From: a virus
Strand: one strand, 5' to 3'
Virus record (IMG/VR): IMGVR_UViG_3300050821_017626
Coordinates: 1-64,000 of that record
DNA length: 64,000 bases
Shown: piece by piece, positions 29,850 through 41,103 of the stretch
Numbering within the stretch: position 1 is the stretch's first letter
Layout of the letters: every line of letters starts with the position of its first letter
Made by a program: the position numbers and the translations under genes
Notes under the pieces: generated by a model
The model's input: only the letters and a program-made list of their open reading frames with translations
What the model was told of the DNA's origin: nothing
The model's database searches: none

Positions 29850-32800
29850 TGGATTGCCTCCTAACGGTTATAGTTGTGTTTGATTGGTGTGTTTGATGGA
29901 CTTGATTTTACTTTGTTGGCTGCGGCAGGAGAATCCTCTCCGTTTCGGGATCACGTGTTTCGGCAATCATCTTCAATCCCTTTCCTTCACCTAGAGGAAG
30001 GTATTCCTGCTTCCATATTTCCCCCTCCGGTGTCACGCGCCAACAGCTTGTCGTGGGTGATTTCTCGCAGTAGGTGTGGAAGTCAGTGCCAATGGTAACG
30101 AAGCGGTCCTTGTTGTCTCGCAGAGCGTTTGCATGGGCACGCTTGATCGTTTCCTTGAAGTCTTTGATATACATCGGTCCTTTTCTCCTGTGGGCGTTGT
30201 TCTATTCGTTCCACTGGTTAATTTGATCGTAGAACAATGTCCGACTCCTAATAGAGCTTAATACTGATGGTGCAAAGGGCGAGCAGGATGATGAACATCA
30301 GGGTGTTGAGGAACATGGGTATTCTCCTGTGAGTTATTTCGATTTCGGATAGGTGCCGAAGACTAATTGAGCATCGCGCTTCTTGTAAATGCGCTTCGAT
30401 AATTCTCGTTCGGCCGTCTCTTTGGTACGAAAGGAACGGGTGACTTCTTGAGTTCCGGTCAGGTAATTCGCATACCGGATATACCAGATGCCATGGGTAT
30501 TCATCCTGTATTCCTTTCTAATCGAAGTGGGCAGTCAATCGGCGATAACTTCGGCAATGCCTTTGTCTAGTGCTTCCTGTGCAGTAAGCCCCCATACAGG
30601 TTCGAATGTGTATCCATCCTCAAGGAGAATGCTTGTTCCGAAAGGTAGGAATAGCAGTGTATCGCCATTTCTGGCTTCGGTGAGAAAGGCACCTTTTATC
30701 TTCACGCGAATGCGACAAGGGGAGGTGTAACCCTGAATGTGGCCGCGTGTGGCGTTGCTGTAGTCTCCGTGTTGATCAAGGGACCCCCAGGAGTAGCCGG
30801 TGCCTTCTTCCCCCATGTATTGGCCTTTCGTGGTTACATCTTCCTCACCGATGTATTCCCCGTCTGAATTGAAAGTGTCGCCTTCGGCATAGCTTTCTAC
30901 GAGTTCGAAGTCGCTATACTCAAATATACGAGCGATCAGTCGGCAGCCATTTCCCATGGCGAACTGGCGAGCTTCTGCTATGTCCTGGGTTGTGTAATCG
31001 GATACGGAATTGCCTTCTTTATCCTCAAAGGCGTAGACTTCGATGCTCATTCGGTTTCCTCCTCGGCATAGGTCTCATCTGTCAGGAAGGAGTCGAAACT
31101 GTCTTCTTCGACGATGGCTTTTGCGTCGCCTTCATGCACCATAGCGATGGCATCTTCTGCGAATTCTGCTTCGACGCGATACATAACCTCATGGAGTTCC
31201 TTGGCGTGGACGTAAAAGACTGGCATTGTTGTTTCCTCGTTGTATAGGGTTGTTAGGGCTTGTTAGGGGTCAGGTATACCAAGAGTGGGCAAGATTGTTA
31301 GGGGTTTGATCCCCAGTTCGGCGCGTAGTCGGTCCTTCTCCCGTGCGTAGGCATCCTCGGTGCCTGCTTGCGAGATAGAGTAGTATTCGGCGATCTTGTT
31401 CTTAAGGAAGTGATAGCCTGTTGCTGTCGGTCCTTCAAGGTAGATGTTTAGGTAAACACGCAGGTTTTCGGCCATTTCTTCGAGTTCGTTGGTTTCATCT
31501 GACGTGGGCAGCATTTATCCCTCCTTTGCAGTAGCGATCCACTCTTCAGCTATCTGCAACCAGTCTACACGCCCTAACGCGGCTGTTAGGAGTTCGTGGG
31601 CCAGGTAATCGTCGTCGGTTTTGCAGGCGGCTTCTCTGCAGTCAAGGGTAAGCCAGCGACCTTCTACGTATGCTTCCAGTTCGTCGGCAAGCTGGCGAGA
31701 GGCAGCGTCGTCTGTGGGGTTCTCCTCAAGGACTGTTAGGGCCAGGTCTCTGGCATCGTCATATTGTGGGCGATTGTTGGAGAGGAAGAGGGCACAGTGG
31801 AATGTGAAATAATTGGAATATCCTGAGACTTCGGTTTCTGGGGTCATTGGTTGGTTCTCCGCCTAGCGCTCGGCCAAACGCCCGGAGGGTGATTGGCGAG
31901 AGTGATAGGCAACAGTGGGCAGAGTTATTGTGCTGCATTCAACAGCGCGCAGAAGGAGAAGGGCGGATTAGGCAGTTCGATGGCATCGAGCGTTTGGATA
32001 TCGAAGGGTTCGCCGGCATTGCCGAGCCGGGCGATACCTTCTTCTTCGTCCCCATAGTCGGGTAGATCTTGGTCGGCAACAAGGAATTGATCTAGTTTGT
32101 CATTGTCTACGGCTTCGTCAAAGGCATCCTGGAGGCAGGAGGCGAACACAATGGCGACAGGGAATCCATGGGCGTGGATAAGGAAAGGTCGCACATTGTG
32201 CGGATTGTATTCGCCTGCAGGGATGTAATCCGAAGGGTTGGCAACGTCGGCGTCGGAGAGGGTGAAGTCGAGATTGTTAATGGTAATAGTCGTGGTCATG
32301 ATTGGCCCCCTTTGGTTGATTGGTGGCAGCAGTGGGCAGGATCTAGCGGCCATTAGCATTGAGAAGTTCGGCAATGACATGGGTTATCATGTCTGCTTCT
32401 GTGGGACTGGTTTCTCCTGCTTTTTGGATATAGATGAAGGGGATACCATTCCGGTAGATGTTCCTCCCTGGCTCGACAGTGTAGCGGAAATTTAACTTCT
32501 CGGTTGCTTCCTTGGCTGTTCGGGAGGTGAAGGGTAGAGTGACACCATTGGCAATGGAATGCCATGCCCATCGGTCGCCGAGCCAAACCTTCTTAATTTG
32601 TCCCCCTTTGACTTTTCGTGGCTCTAAGTTGTGATTGATGTTCATATTTATTCCTCGTAATTACCACAGTGGGCAGTGTTTCCCGCAGTGGGCAGTTCGC
32701 TTGTCAGTAGGTCGCGACATGCTTGGTCGGCTTCTCCGTAGTGGAGGAAGGCAGAGTCGCCTTGCATTCCACAGATGGAGGCGAGTTTGTCAACGAAGAG

Positions 32801-33696
32801 ACGGATGATGGGGTGATTGTTGCGCCATTCGGTTCCTTCATTCAGTCGGTTGGCTTCATCGTTGACAGCCTTCACCGCTTCGAGGAAGGAGCGTGCTACT
32901 CCCGATAGGTTGCAGGCGTTCTGAACTTGGAGAGCGTCGCTGGCGGCTTGCTGTAGGTTAGTCATGGTTTAGTTCCTCCCGAAGGTTGCGACATTGGATT
33001 TCAAGTCGCATGACTTGAAATAGGAGTTCAGCCGTGTTTGTGGGCTGATTGGCGCGGATGGCTGCTTCAATTGAGTCGAGTTCGTGGCGGATGGCTGCTA
33101 TATTGTCGAGTGACCATTTCTTGTAAAAGATTGCGTTAGGCATGGTTGGCTTCCTGTTGATCGGGAAGGGCGTAGAAAGATGCCCACACTGTGAGAGCAA
33201 TAGAACCAAGCGAGGAGTTCGCTATCTGTTCCCTCACGTATTCGTTCCCGTCAGACGTGAGAGGGTTCTCAAGAAAAAGGTTGCAAGAGTCGCAATGTTG
33301 GGGACAGTCCGCTTCTCCCCCGCCGTTAGAGAATGGCCCTTGAGGGAAATCTTCGCTGTCGTCCATGTTCAGTGGACGAGGGTCTGAACAACGCTCTTCG
33401 GTCGCTGCGAGTCCGCAGTCCTCACAAAGTAAGGCAGATTTGTATATGTATGCATTCATGGAATTTCCTCCAGCCATTCTTCGGAGCGGATGATACGAAC
33501 TTCACTGTAACGGTTTTCGGAGCGGTATCGTTCAGCTTGTGAGATAACGACCGAGCGGATATGGTCGGAATAGATGTTGTTTGTCCAACAGAGAGAGCCA
33601 TGCTCCCGTACGTCTATCCTCCACCATGTTTGTTTGTCTGGTTTCCAGTTTGGGTTAGGTTTGGTCATGGTTTGTTAGGTTCCTAATGAATAATGG

Positions 33697-34269
33697 CTAG
33701 AGTGGGCAGATCGCTTTTGTTTGCTCTTTGACGCAGTATTCTGCTGCTTCCCTCGCTTGCTCTTCGCAGTAGGTAAGCCCATAGAAACCCCAACAGGAGT
33801 CAAGATGGTTTCCGTTGCTGTCCTCTACGGTGTAGCCGTATACCTCTCCTTGGAGAAACTGATTGTAGGTTTCGACTTCGCAACGCAGGACACCTTCGGC
33901 GGCTTGCTCCTTCTCCTCTGGCGTCATGGCAGCGTTGACGTATTCCTGTTTGACGACATGGATGGGAGCGAAGATGAAACCTACTTGTCCACTGTCCCAT
34001 GGACAAGAGAAAGGTTTGGTGGAGATGGTCAAGCCACTATGGTCGTACAGGTAAAGGGGGAGAATGATGGTATCCTGTCCATGGTCGGAGCGAATGGATT
34101 CCTCTAGATCCTGCCACGAGGAGAAGTCTCCAGAGGAGTAGCCGTGTTTCTTGTCGCCAAGTTCGTACCGTTTGTGGAAGCATACCATGGTCCCTAGGTT
34201 GTCCCATTCACGAGGGGAGTCGGCGTCAGTGTCCTGTTCAATCTTGATGGTCAAGCCTTTGTATAGCAT
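33697..34269 (-). CDS. Conserved acidic phage early protein of unknown function
   Basis: PREWDNLG, LPLYLYDHSG, CPWDSGQVG and DSCWGFYG motifs. Confidence 0.6.
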   Translation of the reverse strand: MLYKGLTIKIEQDTDADSPREWDNLGTMVCFHKRYELGDKKHGYSSGDFSSWQDLEESIRSDHGQDTIILPLYLYDHSGLTISTKPFSCPWDSGQVGFIFAPIHVVKQEYVNAAMTPEEKEQAAEGVLRCEVETYNQFLQGEVYGYTVEDSNGNHLDSCWGFYGLTYCEEQAREAAEYCVKEQTKAICPL

Positions 34270-37043
34270 GGGTTAGTCCTCCTCGGGAGAGAGCAGCGTA
34301 TCAACAATATCACAGGCAAGGGAGAAGCCGGCATCGGCCGTTACCTCGTCAACATAGAGTCGATGAGTAGGGGGCAGATCGGTTAGAGTGGGCAGATCGT
34401 AAAGACGCCGAAGGAGAGTGGGCAGGGATTCGGGAGAGACGGAACAGCGGATGCCTGTTGCTAGGACAGCTCCTTCAGGGAATCTACTGCAAGGATCTAG
34501 ACGGCGCTCTATGGGTTCGTAGGTATCGGTTTCCTGGCGATAGCACGCCTCAAGATGGGAGTCGATGCCTTGATTGACAGCGGCAATGACGGCCGCAGCG
34601 TCGGAACTGACGAGTTCCATGCGGTAGGGCTTGCCTTGCATGGCCGATCTGATCTGTTCGTAAGTGACGGTGCCATGGTCGTCAATGTAGCCGATTATGT
34701 TGGTGTCGGTCATGGTCATGGTCGGTTCCTCTTTCTAGCCGTTGTCAGACGACCGATAGTAGTTTGGGCATGGCCACACCTCTGTGTTCTTTGGCAAGCG
34801 GGATATCCCTGCCCATTCTTTGGCGCGTTCCCTTGCTTGTGCCTCCCCTACTGGGGAAGAGAAGCGGAACGTCATGGCATTCTCTGATTCGGGGAAGCGA
34901 ACCCACCATAAGACGCAAGTGCCGAACATAGTTGTGTCCTCCTTTCCGAGTCGTGCGGTGATCAGCCGACCTTTCGCCATGTGAGTGTTGACGCGGCCCG
35001 TGCCTCCTCCACTTCTTGACAGCGTAGAAGCTCTTCCTCGGTCGCAAGGCGGGCGACATAGGCGGTGCGGGGACCATGAGCGCCCGTGAGCATGTGGGCG
35101 CGCTTCTCGGCCGTCTCTTGGTCGTACAGATCGGGTGTGGCCATTCGGCGAATGAGCTTGCCCCCGGAGTAGAACTGCGCTTCAACGACGAAGGTCGGTT
35201 TCATCGAGTCCACCCTTCCCCGGTAGGAGCCCAATCGAGTCCGCCGGTATGGCGGCTGTTGAGAAGATGGGCCGCTAGGCGAGCGAGCCACGCGAAAGGA
35301 AAGCGGTAGATGGGACGGCCGTCGGATGGGCTGAAGACTTCATAGCGCATGTCAAGATCCTCCTCTTAGGCGCGTTAAGCGAATTGTATAGGGCGGTTTG
35401 GAGTGCAAGCTGGACAGAATCCCTCGGAACTCAAGTCGCTTGTGGCAGCGTAGAAGGTGCATCCTGCAGCGTTACACTGCAGCAGCAGTTCCCCGTCAAC
35501 GGCCGCTAGTGCCTCCTCACGGGTGGAGTATACTTCGTCGGTCTCCTCTTGGTCGGAAGATTTCCAAACAATCCAACAGTCGTGGAGACCTACCGACATA
35601 TCTCCTGCTTCGAAGTAAATCTGCGGGTAGCCGTACGGGTAGCATGTGCCGAGTGGGTAGTAAACGACGTTCTTAACATGTGAAGCGCGAATGAACTTCA
35701 CCATCAGCGAATCTCCACTTGGAACTTGGTCGGGACGGCAAGGAAGCGCTTGTCCCATCGCTGCATGAAGGCGCGCATTTTGGCAGTAGGGGAGAAGGAT
35801 GGTCCGGTTCCCCAGTGATTGATTGTGACGGAGCATAGGTCCGGCATGGCGTAAACTCTGGTTGTCGAGAGGTACTCTCGGATGAGAGCGCAAGCGATGG
35901 GACAGTTTGAGGGGGATACACCTCCTTCTTGCTGACGGAGTTCAGTGGCTCGGTCGATATCCTGCTGGGTGACTGAGATGTTACGCTTCATGGTCGGTTT
36001 CTCCAGTGTGTATAAGTGTGTATAGCAGTGTGTAGGGTTACTTGCCTGTGTCGGGTGGGTTTCCTTTACATCCGCCCGCGTACCACATGGTACGGCCTTC
36101 CCAATATGAGCAACGCTCATAAGCTTTTTCTAAAGATTCTTTCAATCCTCTGTTTTCCTCCTGAAGGGCAAGTACTTGGTCAATCGCCTTGTCGGCCATG
36201 GCCTGGTAATGTCTGGCTTGATTTTTTGCATCTTGCAGTTCGAGTCGAATCGTTTCGTTGTCCTTCATGGTGTCCTCACAAAATCAACAGTATGAATGTG
36301 TAACCCGTCCTTTGAACGGATGGGAGTAACCTTCACTTGCCAACGTTGCCCACATTTACAGGTTCGCTTGACGACTAAAGTAGCTTGTGACATGAGAGGA
36401 GTTCCCGGCAGTATCCGATCACAATCGGGACACTTAAAGCATACTTTCGTAGTGGGCATCTTCAGAGTCCCCTGTATGGGTTTCGAGTGGAAACATTGAC
36501 AACCAGAGTCTCAGTCTGAGATTCAAAGGTTCTATTCGTTGTATCCTGTGTCCAATGAATTCCTACCCCCTTTCAAGCCACACAACGTGGCCCGCGAGAA
36601 GGTTCCGGCGATGGGCCATCAGCTCTTTGGGGGTGAAGAGGGAGGAAGCAGGTTCCTGGCCGACGCCAGACCAACAGAGATCCGGTTCGCAGATTTCGCA
36701 AGTGGCCTCATCCTCACAGCCGCAGCCGTAGTCACAGGAGAGGCAATGGGAGCGTTCCTCGGCCATGGCGTCAAGGATTGCGACTTCAAGCTTCGCCTTA
36801 TGGGTCCGGTTGATTAAGGTATGATCTTCCGGGTAGGCCAGGATAACAGCGACCGACGAGGGTTCGCAGTCGCGGTGCCAGTAGGAGGCACAGTAGTACG
36901 TATAGCGGCCCATGGTCAGTTACTCCAAACCGCGTTAGCGGCGAAGGTCGAAAGAAGGTAGCCGATAAGGAAGCCAGAGAGAACGACGGTGAGATAGCGG
37001 AACATGGTTGTGCCTTTCTGCAGTAGGTATCCTGCGACTCGTT

Positions 37044-37096
37044 CCCCTTTCGCCCATCGCTGGGCTCATCAGTACCCGACTAGCCGGGTAGAGGGG
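37044..37096 (-). ncRNA. Type III hammerhead ribozyme (HHR-B)
   Basis: CCCCU-C^-UACCCGG(CUAG)UCGGGUA-CUGAUGA-GCCCA(GCGA)UGGGC-GAAA-GGGG; all core nucleotides and three stems present. Confidence 0.92.
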
Positions 37097-37288
37097 TCAC
37101 CGCTCCCGTAAGAGCGGTGAGGTGATGTATACATTGACGGTGGAGCCGTATTGGTCGCGAGTGGGCTCCAATTCAACAGTGACGACTTCAACAGGGTCGA
37201 CGCGGTGAGGGAACTTGATAACTTCCGAGTCGATCATGGTCCCCAGCCGACCGTCGAAGGTGATGAGTTTCCCGAATACATACTTCAT
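37097..37288 (-). CDS. 63-aa protein enclosed by two hammerheads
   Basis: ATG at 37288, 9 nt after AAAGGGG; the stop codon abuts HHR-B. Confidence 0.65.
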   Translation of the reverse strand: MKYVFGKLITFDGRLGTMIDSEVIKFPHRVDPVEVVTVELEPTRDQYGSTVNVYITSPLLRER

Positions 37289-37297
37289 GGTGTCGTT

Positions 37298-37349
37298 CCC
37301 CTTTCGGCTGTCGCCAGCCATCATCAGCGAGCGCTATTGCTCGGAGGGG
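37298..37349 (-). ncRNA. Type III hammerhead ribozyme (HHR-A)
   Basis: CCCCU-C^-CGAGC(AAUAGC)GCUCG-CUGAUGA-U-GGCUG(GCGA)CAGCC-GAAA-GGGG; one extra U after A9. Confidence 0.88.
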
Positions 37350-38008
37350 TTCCGCTGCCTTCACCGTCTCATCCTGTCGCATTCAGGCGGGATTGTGGCA
37401 GCGGGGCCGCTTCTGGCGTGTTGACCGCGTACCACGGCAACCGCCAGGGAAAGCGCGCTATGAAGTTCCTCGCTCTGCGTTGTGCAAACTCGGCAGCGAG
37501 CGAACGTTGTCAAGGTTCCGACGGCAGGCTCTCATCCTGCGCGCTATGCGGTGCCTTCCTTATATAAGGAAGGGCCGCGTTGTTTGGGTTAGCGGCGGTT
37601 GCGCCTTCTAGGCAAGCGAACAACTATCTCGCCAGGGAATGCTTCGCCATTGGCTATACGATCAGCCAGCAGCATACGCATTCGGCCGATTTCTCCCGCT
37701 GTTCCTGATACTTGCCCAACCTTGGGCGCCCAAAGAATAGCTTTCCGCATATCATCCTCTCTAGCGGCGGCTGATTGTGTAAAACGGGCAGCCAGCGTTA
37801 ACCCAAACGATGATACCGACGATGCTGGCCAGCAGAAGGCCGGCTTTCGTGACTACTGCGAACAGCGTTGCTTCCATTCCTCGTTCCTCCTTGCGTCATA
37901 ACCGTTATGGTTATCGGTTGGTCGGTCAGGTTTCTTTAGGTCGGTTGGGTGAAGTAATCCTCTCCGATTGTCCCCGAGGGGAGGGAGAGGAGGAGGTCAC
38001 TCCATCCT

Positions 38009-38065
38009 GTGCCTTGCTCTTCGTTATACGCGGGCTTGCAACCGCCGTCGGCCGAGTTAAGGCGC
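38009..38065 (-). ncRNA. Type P1 twister ribozyme
   Basis: GCCU-U^AA-CUCG-GC-CGACG-GCGG-UUGCAAGC-CCGC-GUAUAA-CGAA-GAGCA-AGGC. P1, P2, P4 and both pseudoknots (UGC/GCA, GC/GC) can be formed. Confidence 0.82.
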
Positions 38066-38358
38066 CTTTAGGCGCTTACATCTTGCTTTCTGCTTTCCGC
38101 AGATCGTCCCCCAACGACATGAGTTCGTTGTGTAAGGCAAGATACTCTCCACTCAGGTAAGGAGTTGCTCGAAGCAACTGGTATACCCGATCAATCTCCG
38201 CACATATTCTCTTGAGATCCATCAGTTTCTCCTCGGTCGGTTGGGTGAACTCTGCTGCTCACATAGGGATTATTCCGCACATCCCGTGCCATGTGAGATA
38301 CTATTTTTTGGGTTTCTGCGACCGTGCCTGTACCGTGCCTGTGGCCCAACCCATCTAT

Positions 38359-38388
38359 AGTATAGCACAGGGTGACGCTATGGGTCAA
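38359..38388 (-). promoter_or_regulatory. sigma70-type promoter of the leftward block with a tandem operator-like repeat
   Basis: TTGACC-N18-TATACT with extended TG; GGGTGACGC repeated at 38370 and 38392. Confidence 0.65.
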
Positions 38389-38498
38389 TATGGGTGACGC
38401 GTTGGGTCAGGGTGAGGTGAGGGAGGGGGAGAGCTGGTGGGGGCCAGGATGGGGAGGAGAGGGGGAGCGGAAGGGATGGAGGCACGATACTGTTCGCA

Positions 38499-38526
38499 AC
38501 TTCCGATAATATTTATTACGTTGCGA
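38499..38526 (+). other. dif-like (XerC/D-type) 28-bp site
   Basis: ACTTCCGATAA-TATTTA-TTACGTTGCGA (11-6-11), intergenic at the strand divergence. Confidence 0.45.
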
Positions 38527-38924
38527 AGGTTTGATAGTCGCTAGGCACGGACTATCGAACTATATGGGTATGACGTCGGAGCGTGACGGTATGATGGCTG
38601 TCAAAGAGGGGGCCGATTCACTCTTTTTACGACTGTCACAGGAGGCGCGCGGGTATGTCTAAGGGGCCATGAAATTTTTTCGAAAAAAGTAAAACCTTAC
38701 TGGTGTAATTCATAGCTTCTAGGCACGACTGTTGGTATAATTGAGGTAACCCGAGATGGGAGATCCAACTAGATGCTTTCAGAAACCATTGCCCCTCGCA
38801 AGATCGTCAGCGAACGACGGAAACAGAGCAAACGTGATTGGTCAAGAGAGAACCTCCGCAGCCCGAACTGCAACCATTCTATCAAGTGTTATGGCCTTTG
38901 TCCACACACCATTACCACCAACCC

Positions 38925-38953
38925 TTGACTTTGGCACATTTCTTGCCTACAAT
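38925..38953 (+). promoter_or_regulatory. sigma70 promoter whose spacer is a sigma54-type motif
   Basis: TTGACT-[TTGGCACATTTCTTGCC]-TACAAT. Confidence 0.65.
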
Positions 38954-40424
38954 ACTTGGGAGGACATTGGCGTATGAAATGGAAAGGTGACGCCACCGAT
39001 GATGGCCGGTATGCAATCGACAGCGAACACGTTCATGGAGAACCCAAGGTCTATTACGTCATGATCAGGGCAGCTCCTGGACAAGGGCATCGCGGCTCCA
39101 GTTGGAAATACGGTCAACTGGGACCATTTTTGACCAAGCGCGAAGCGCGAGCAGCGGCGAAAGAGTATGACCATTCGATTGTCCTGGAGAAAAATAAGGA
39201 GTGACTGAATGCCACCTCATCCGCCACCTCATCCGCGATCCATTGCCTCCATTCGGCTTCGAGATGGCGAGTGGGCGAAGTGCCACAGCCCATTATGCCA
39301 TTGTGAGACGTGCAGAAAGGGAACCAGATGAAACATCCCGCCTCATCTGCCTCTGGCGCGGCTCCCACCTCTGGCACTATGGCAACCCAGAGGGGATCTG
39401 CGAGCGCTGCGGCGCCACCCTTAGCAGCAGTTTGATGGTGACATTCCGATCATCCGGTATTCAAGTTTTCATCAATGATTGGGTCATCTCTATCTGGTGG
39501 GAGTATCCAAAAGGGATAGTCATAGGGTACGGGGATGAGCGTAAGCCTCGATTTCAATTCCCGAGGAGTTAAAAACTGAACATGACGATTCATGTAGAAC
39601 GAAGCCACATAATGGGTTCCGAGCCTCGCAGCACTACCATGTGTCCCATTGCCCGCGCCCTACAAGAACAGATTCCCGGTCAAGGGACTTGGTGCGTGTG
39701 GCTGAACAAAGCGGCTCTGTGGCCCGGCAAAAGTTACGATCTGCCTACGACAGCCGTAGATTTTATCAAGGATTTACTGGATGGAAAGTCAGTGAAGCCG
39801 TTCCTGTTCACCCTGGAAGAATCCCATTATGCGTACGATCACAGATAAAGAGATAAACAGCGATACTCCTCCTCCCGACTTTGGGCCACGACGGTGTATC
39901 GTCTGTGGTTGTCGTTTCTGGTGTTGCGACGACAAACCGAACTGCCCGCTCTGTGGAGGATTCGCCCAAGACGAAGAATTTCTAGCGTGCAGGCGGCAGC
40001 AGCACAGGCTAGAGGAGCACAATTAATGGCAGGGGAAAGAACAATGGAACTAAACGAAGAGGACATTTACAGCGAGATCATCCTCGAAGAAGAGCAGCGA
40101 CACATGTATGTCACTGCCACTCGTTGGGGATTGGAGTTCTACTGCAAAGAGTTTATCGAGGATGAAGTAGCCTGGTACTCCCTCTCTTGGGCCGAGGTTC
40201 CCGCCTTTATGGCCCACCTGCAGAAGATTGTTGAAAAGTGGCAACCTAAAGAAGAAACCGGTCTCTCCAAGGCTATCCACAAAGCGCGCGGTGGGGATGC
40301 CCCCACGCCAAGGCAGGGGTTTGCGTAATGTTCGTCGGCAACAGGCAATACAAGAGTTTGTGGGCCTAGAACGGATGGGAGATGGCCCTGACGAGCGTAT
40401 TTTTAATTTGGAAGGAAAGAAGCC

Positions 40425-40676
40425 ATGAACGGTATCAGAAAAGAAGTAACTGCATTTGCCCAAATAATGGAGGAGATGCTTCAACAAAACGACTATAAAG
40501 GTGGATGGTCTAAATGTAACCCACAGTGGCTTCTGATGCGGTTGCAACAAGAAGTTGAGGAGTTAGACGCAGAACTTTCCGTTACTCCTTTTAACCAGGA
40601 AAACATTCGCAAGGAAGCGGCTGACGTTGCGAATTTTGCTATGATGGTAGTTGATGTTTGTGGAGGGCTTGAATGA
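40425..40676 (+). CDS. MazG-like all-alpha NTP pyrophosphatase
   Basis: LQQEVEEL...EAADVANFAMM (ExxE...ExxD). Confidence 0.65.
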   Translation: MNGIRKEVTAFAQIMEEMLQQNDYKGGWSKCNPQWLLMRLQQEVEELDAELSVTPFNQENIRKEAADVANFAMMVVDVCGGLE

Positions 40677-41103
40677 ACTTTCACCGCTACTACGTCATCG
40701 ACTTATGGAACGCCAGCAAACTCACTTGGGAGCGCCGAAGAGACGGCTTTGAATTCGCCTCTAAACCTGAAGCTGAAGATTACATCAAATGTTACAATCT
40801 ACAGTGTAAATGGCGCATCCTGGAGATCACCATCAAGGATCTGACAGTATGACCCACCTTCTATGGTCCCACCACAGCAACTATTCGCGCTCAAAAGCCT
40901 CTCTTATCTCCCGAACAATGCCATCTCTCACATGCAACTCCACCTCACTTTTAATATCCATCACCTCAAGGTCAGAAATTGCGAACGGCACAGTCCTATC
41001 GCCTTTCACGCACCGAAACTCATGAAAGTATCTGTCTTTGCGCCAACGATACTGGACCTCATCATACCCCTGGCAGCGCAACGTATCCAACAGACGCCCT
41101 ATG

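Larger units (their letters stand above)
28138..34425 (+). repeat. Dispersed, same-strand 9-mer AGTGGGCAG (11 exact copies)
   Basis: Starts at 28138, 28624, 28824, 30526, 31914, 32331, 32668, 32687, 33701, 34387 and 34417, plus several one-mismatch copies. Confidence 0.9.
26164..38388 (-). other. Leftward block of ~30 small early-type hypothetical genes
   Basis: Tightly packed minus-strand ORFs with RBSs, headed by the promoter at 38359-38388. Confidence 0.7.

Noticed and set aside
28138-34425. AGTGGGCAG copies as a CRISPR array or a protein repeat
   Set aside because: Too short, irregularly spaced, inside genes in all three frames, and no cas genes.
36440-36480. Minus-strand CTGAAGA...GAAA-GTATG as a third hammerhead
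   Set aside because: It lacks U16.1, stem I and a real stem II, and overlaps the start of a coding ORF.
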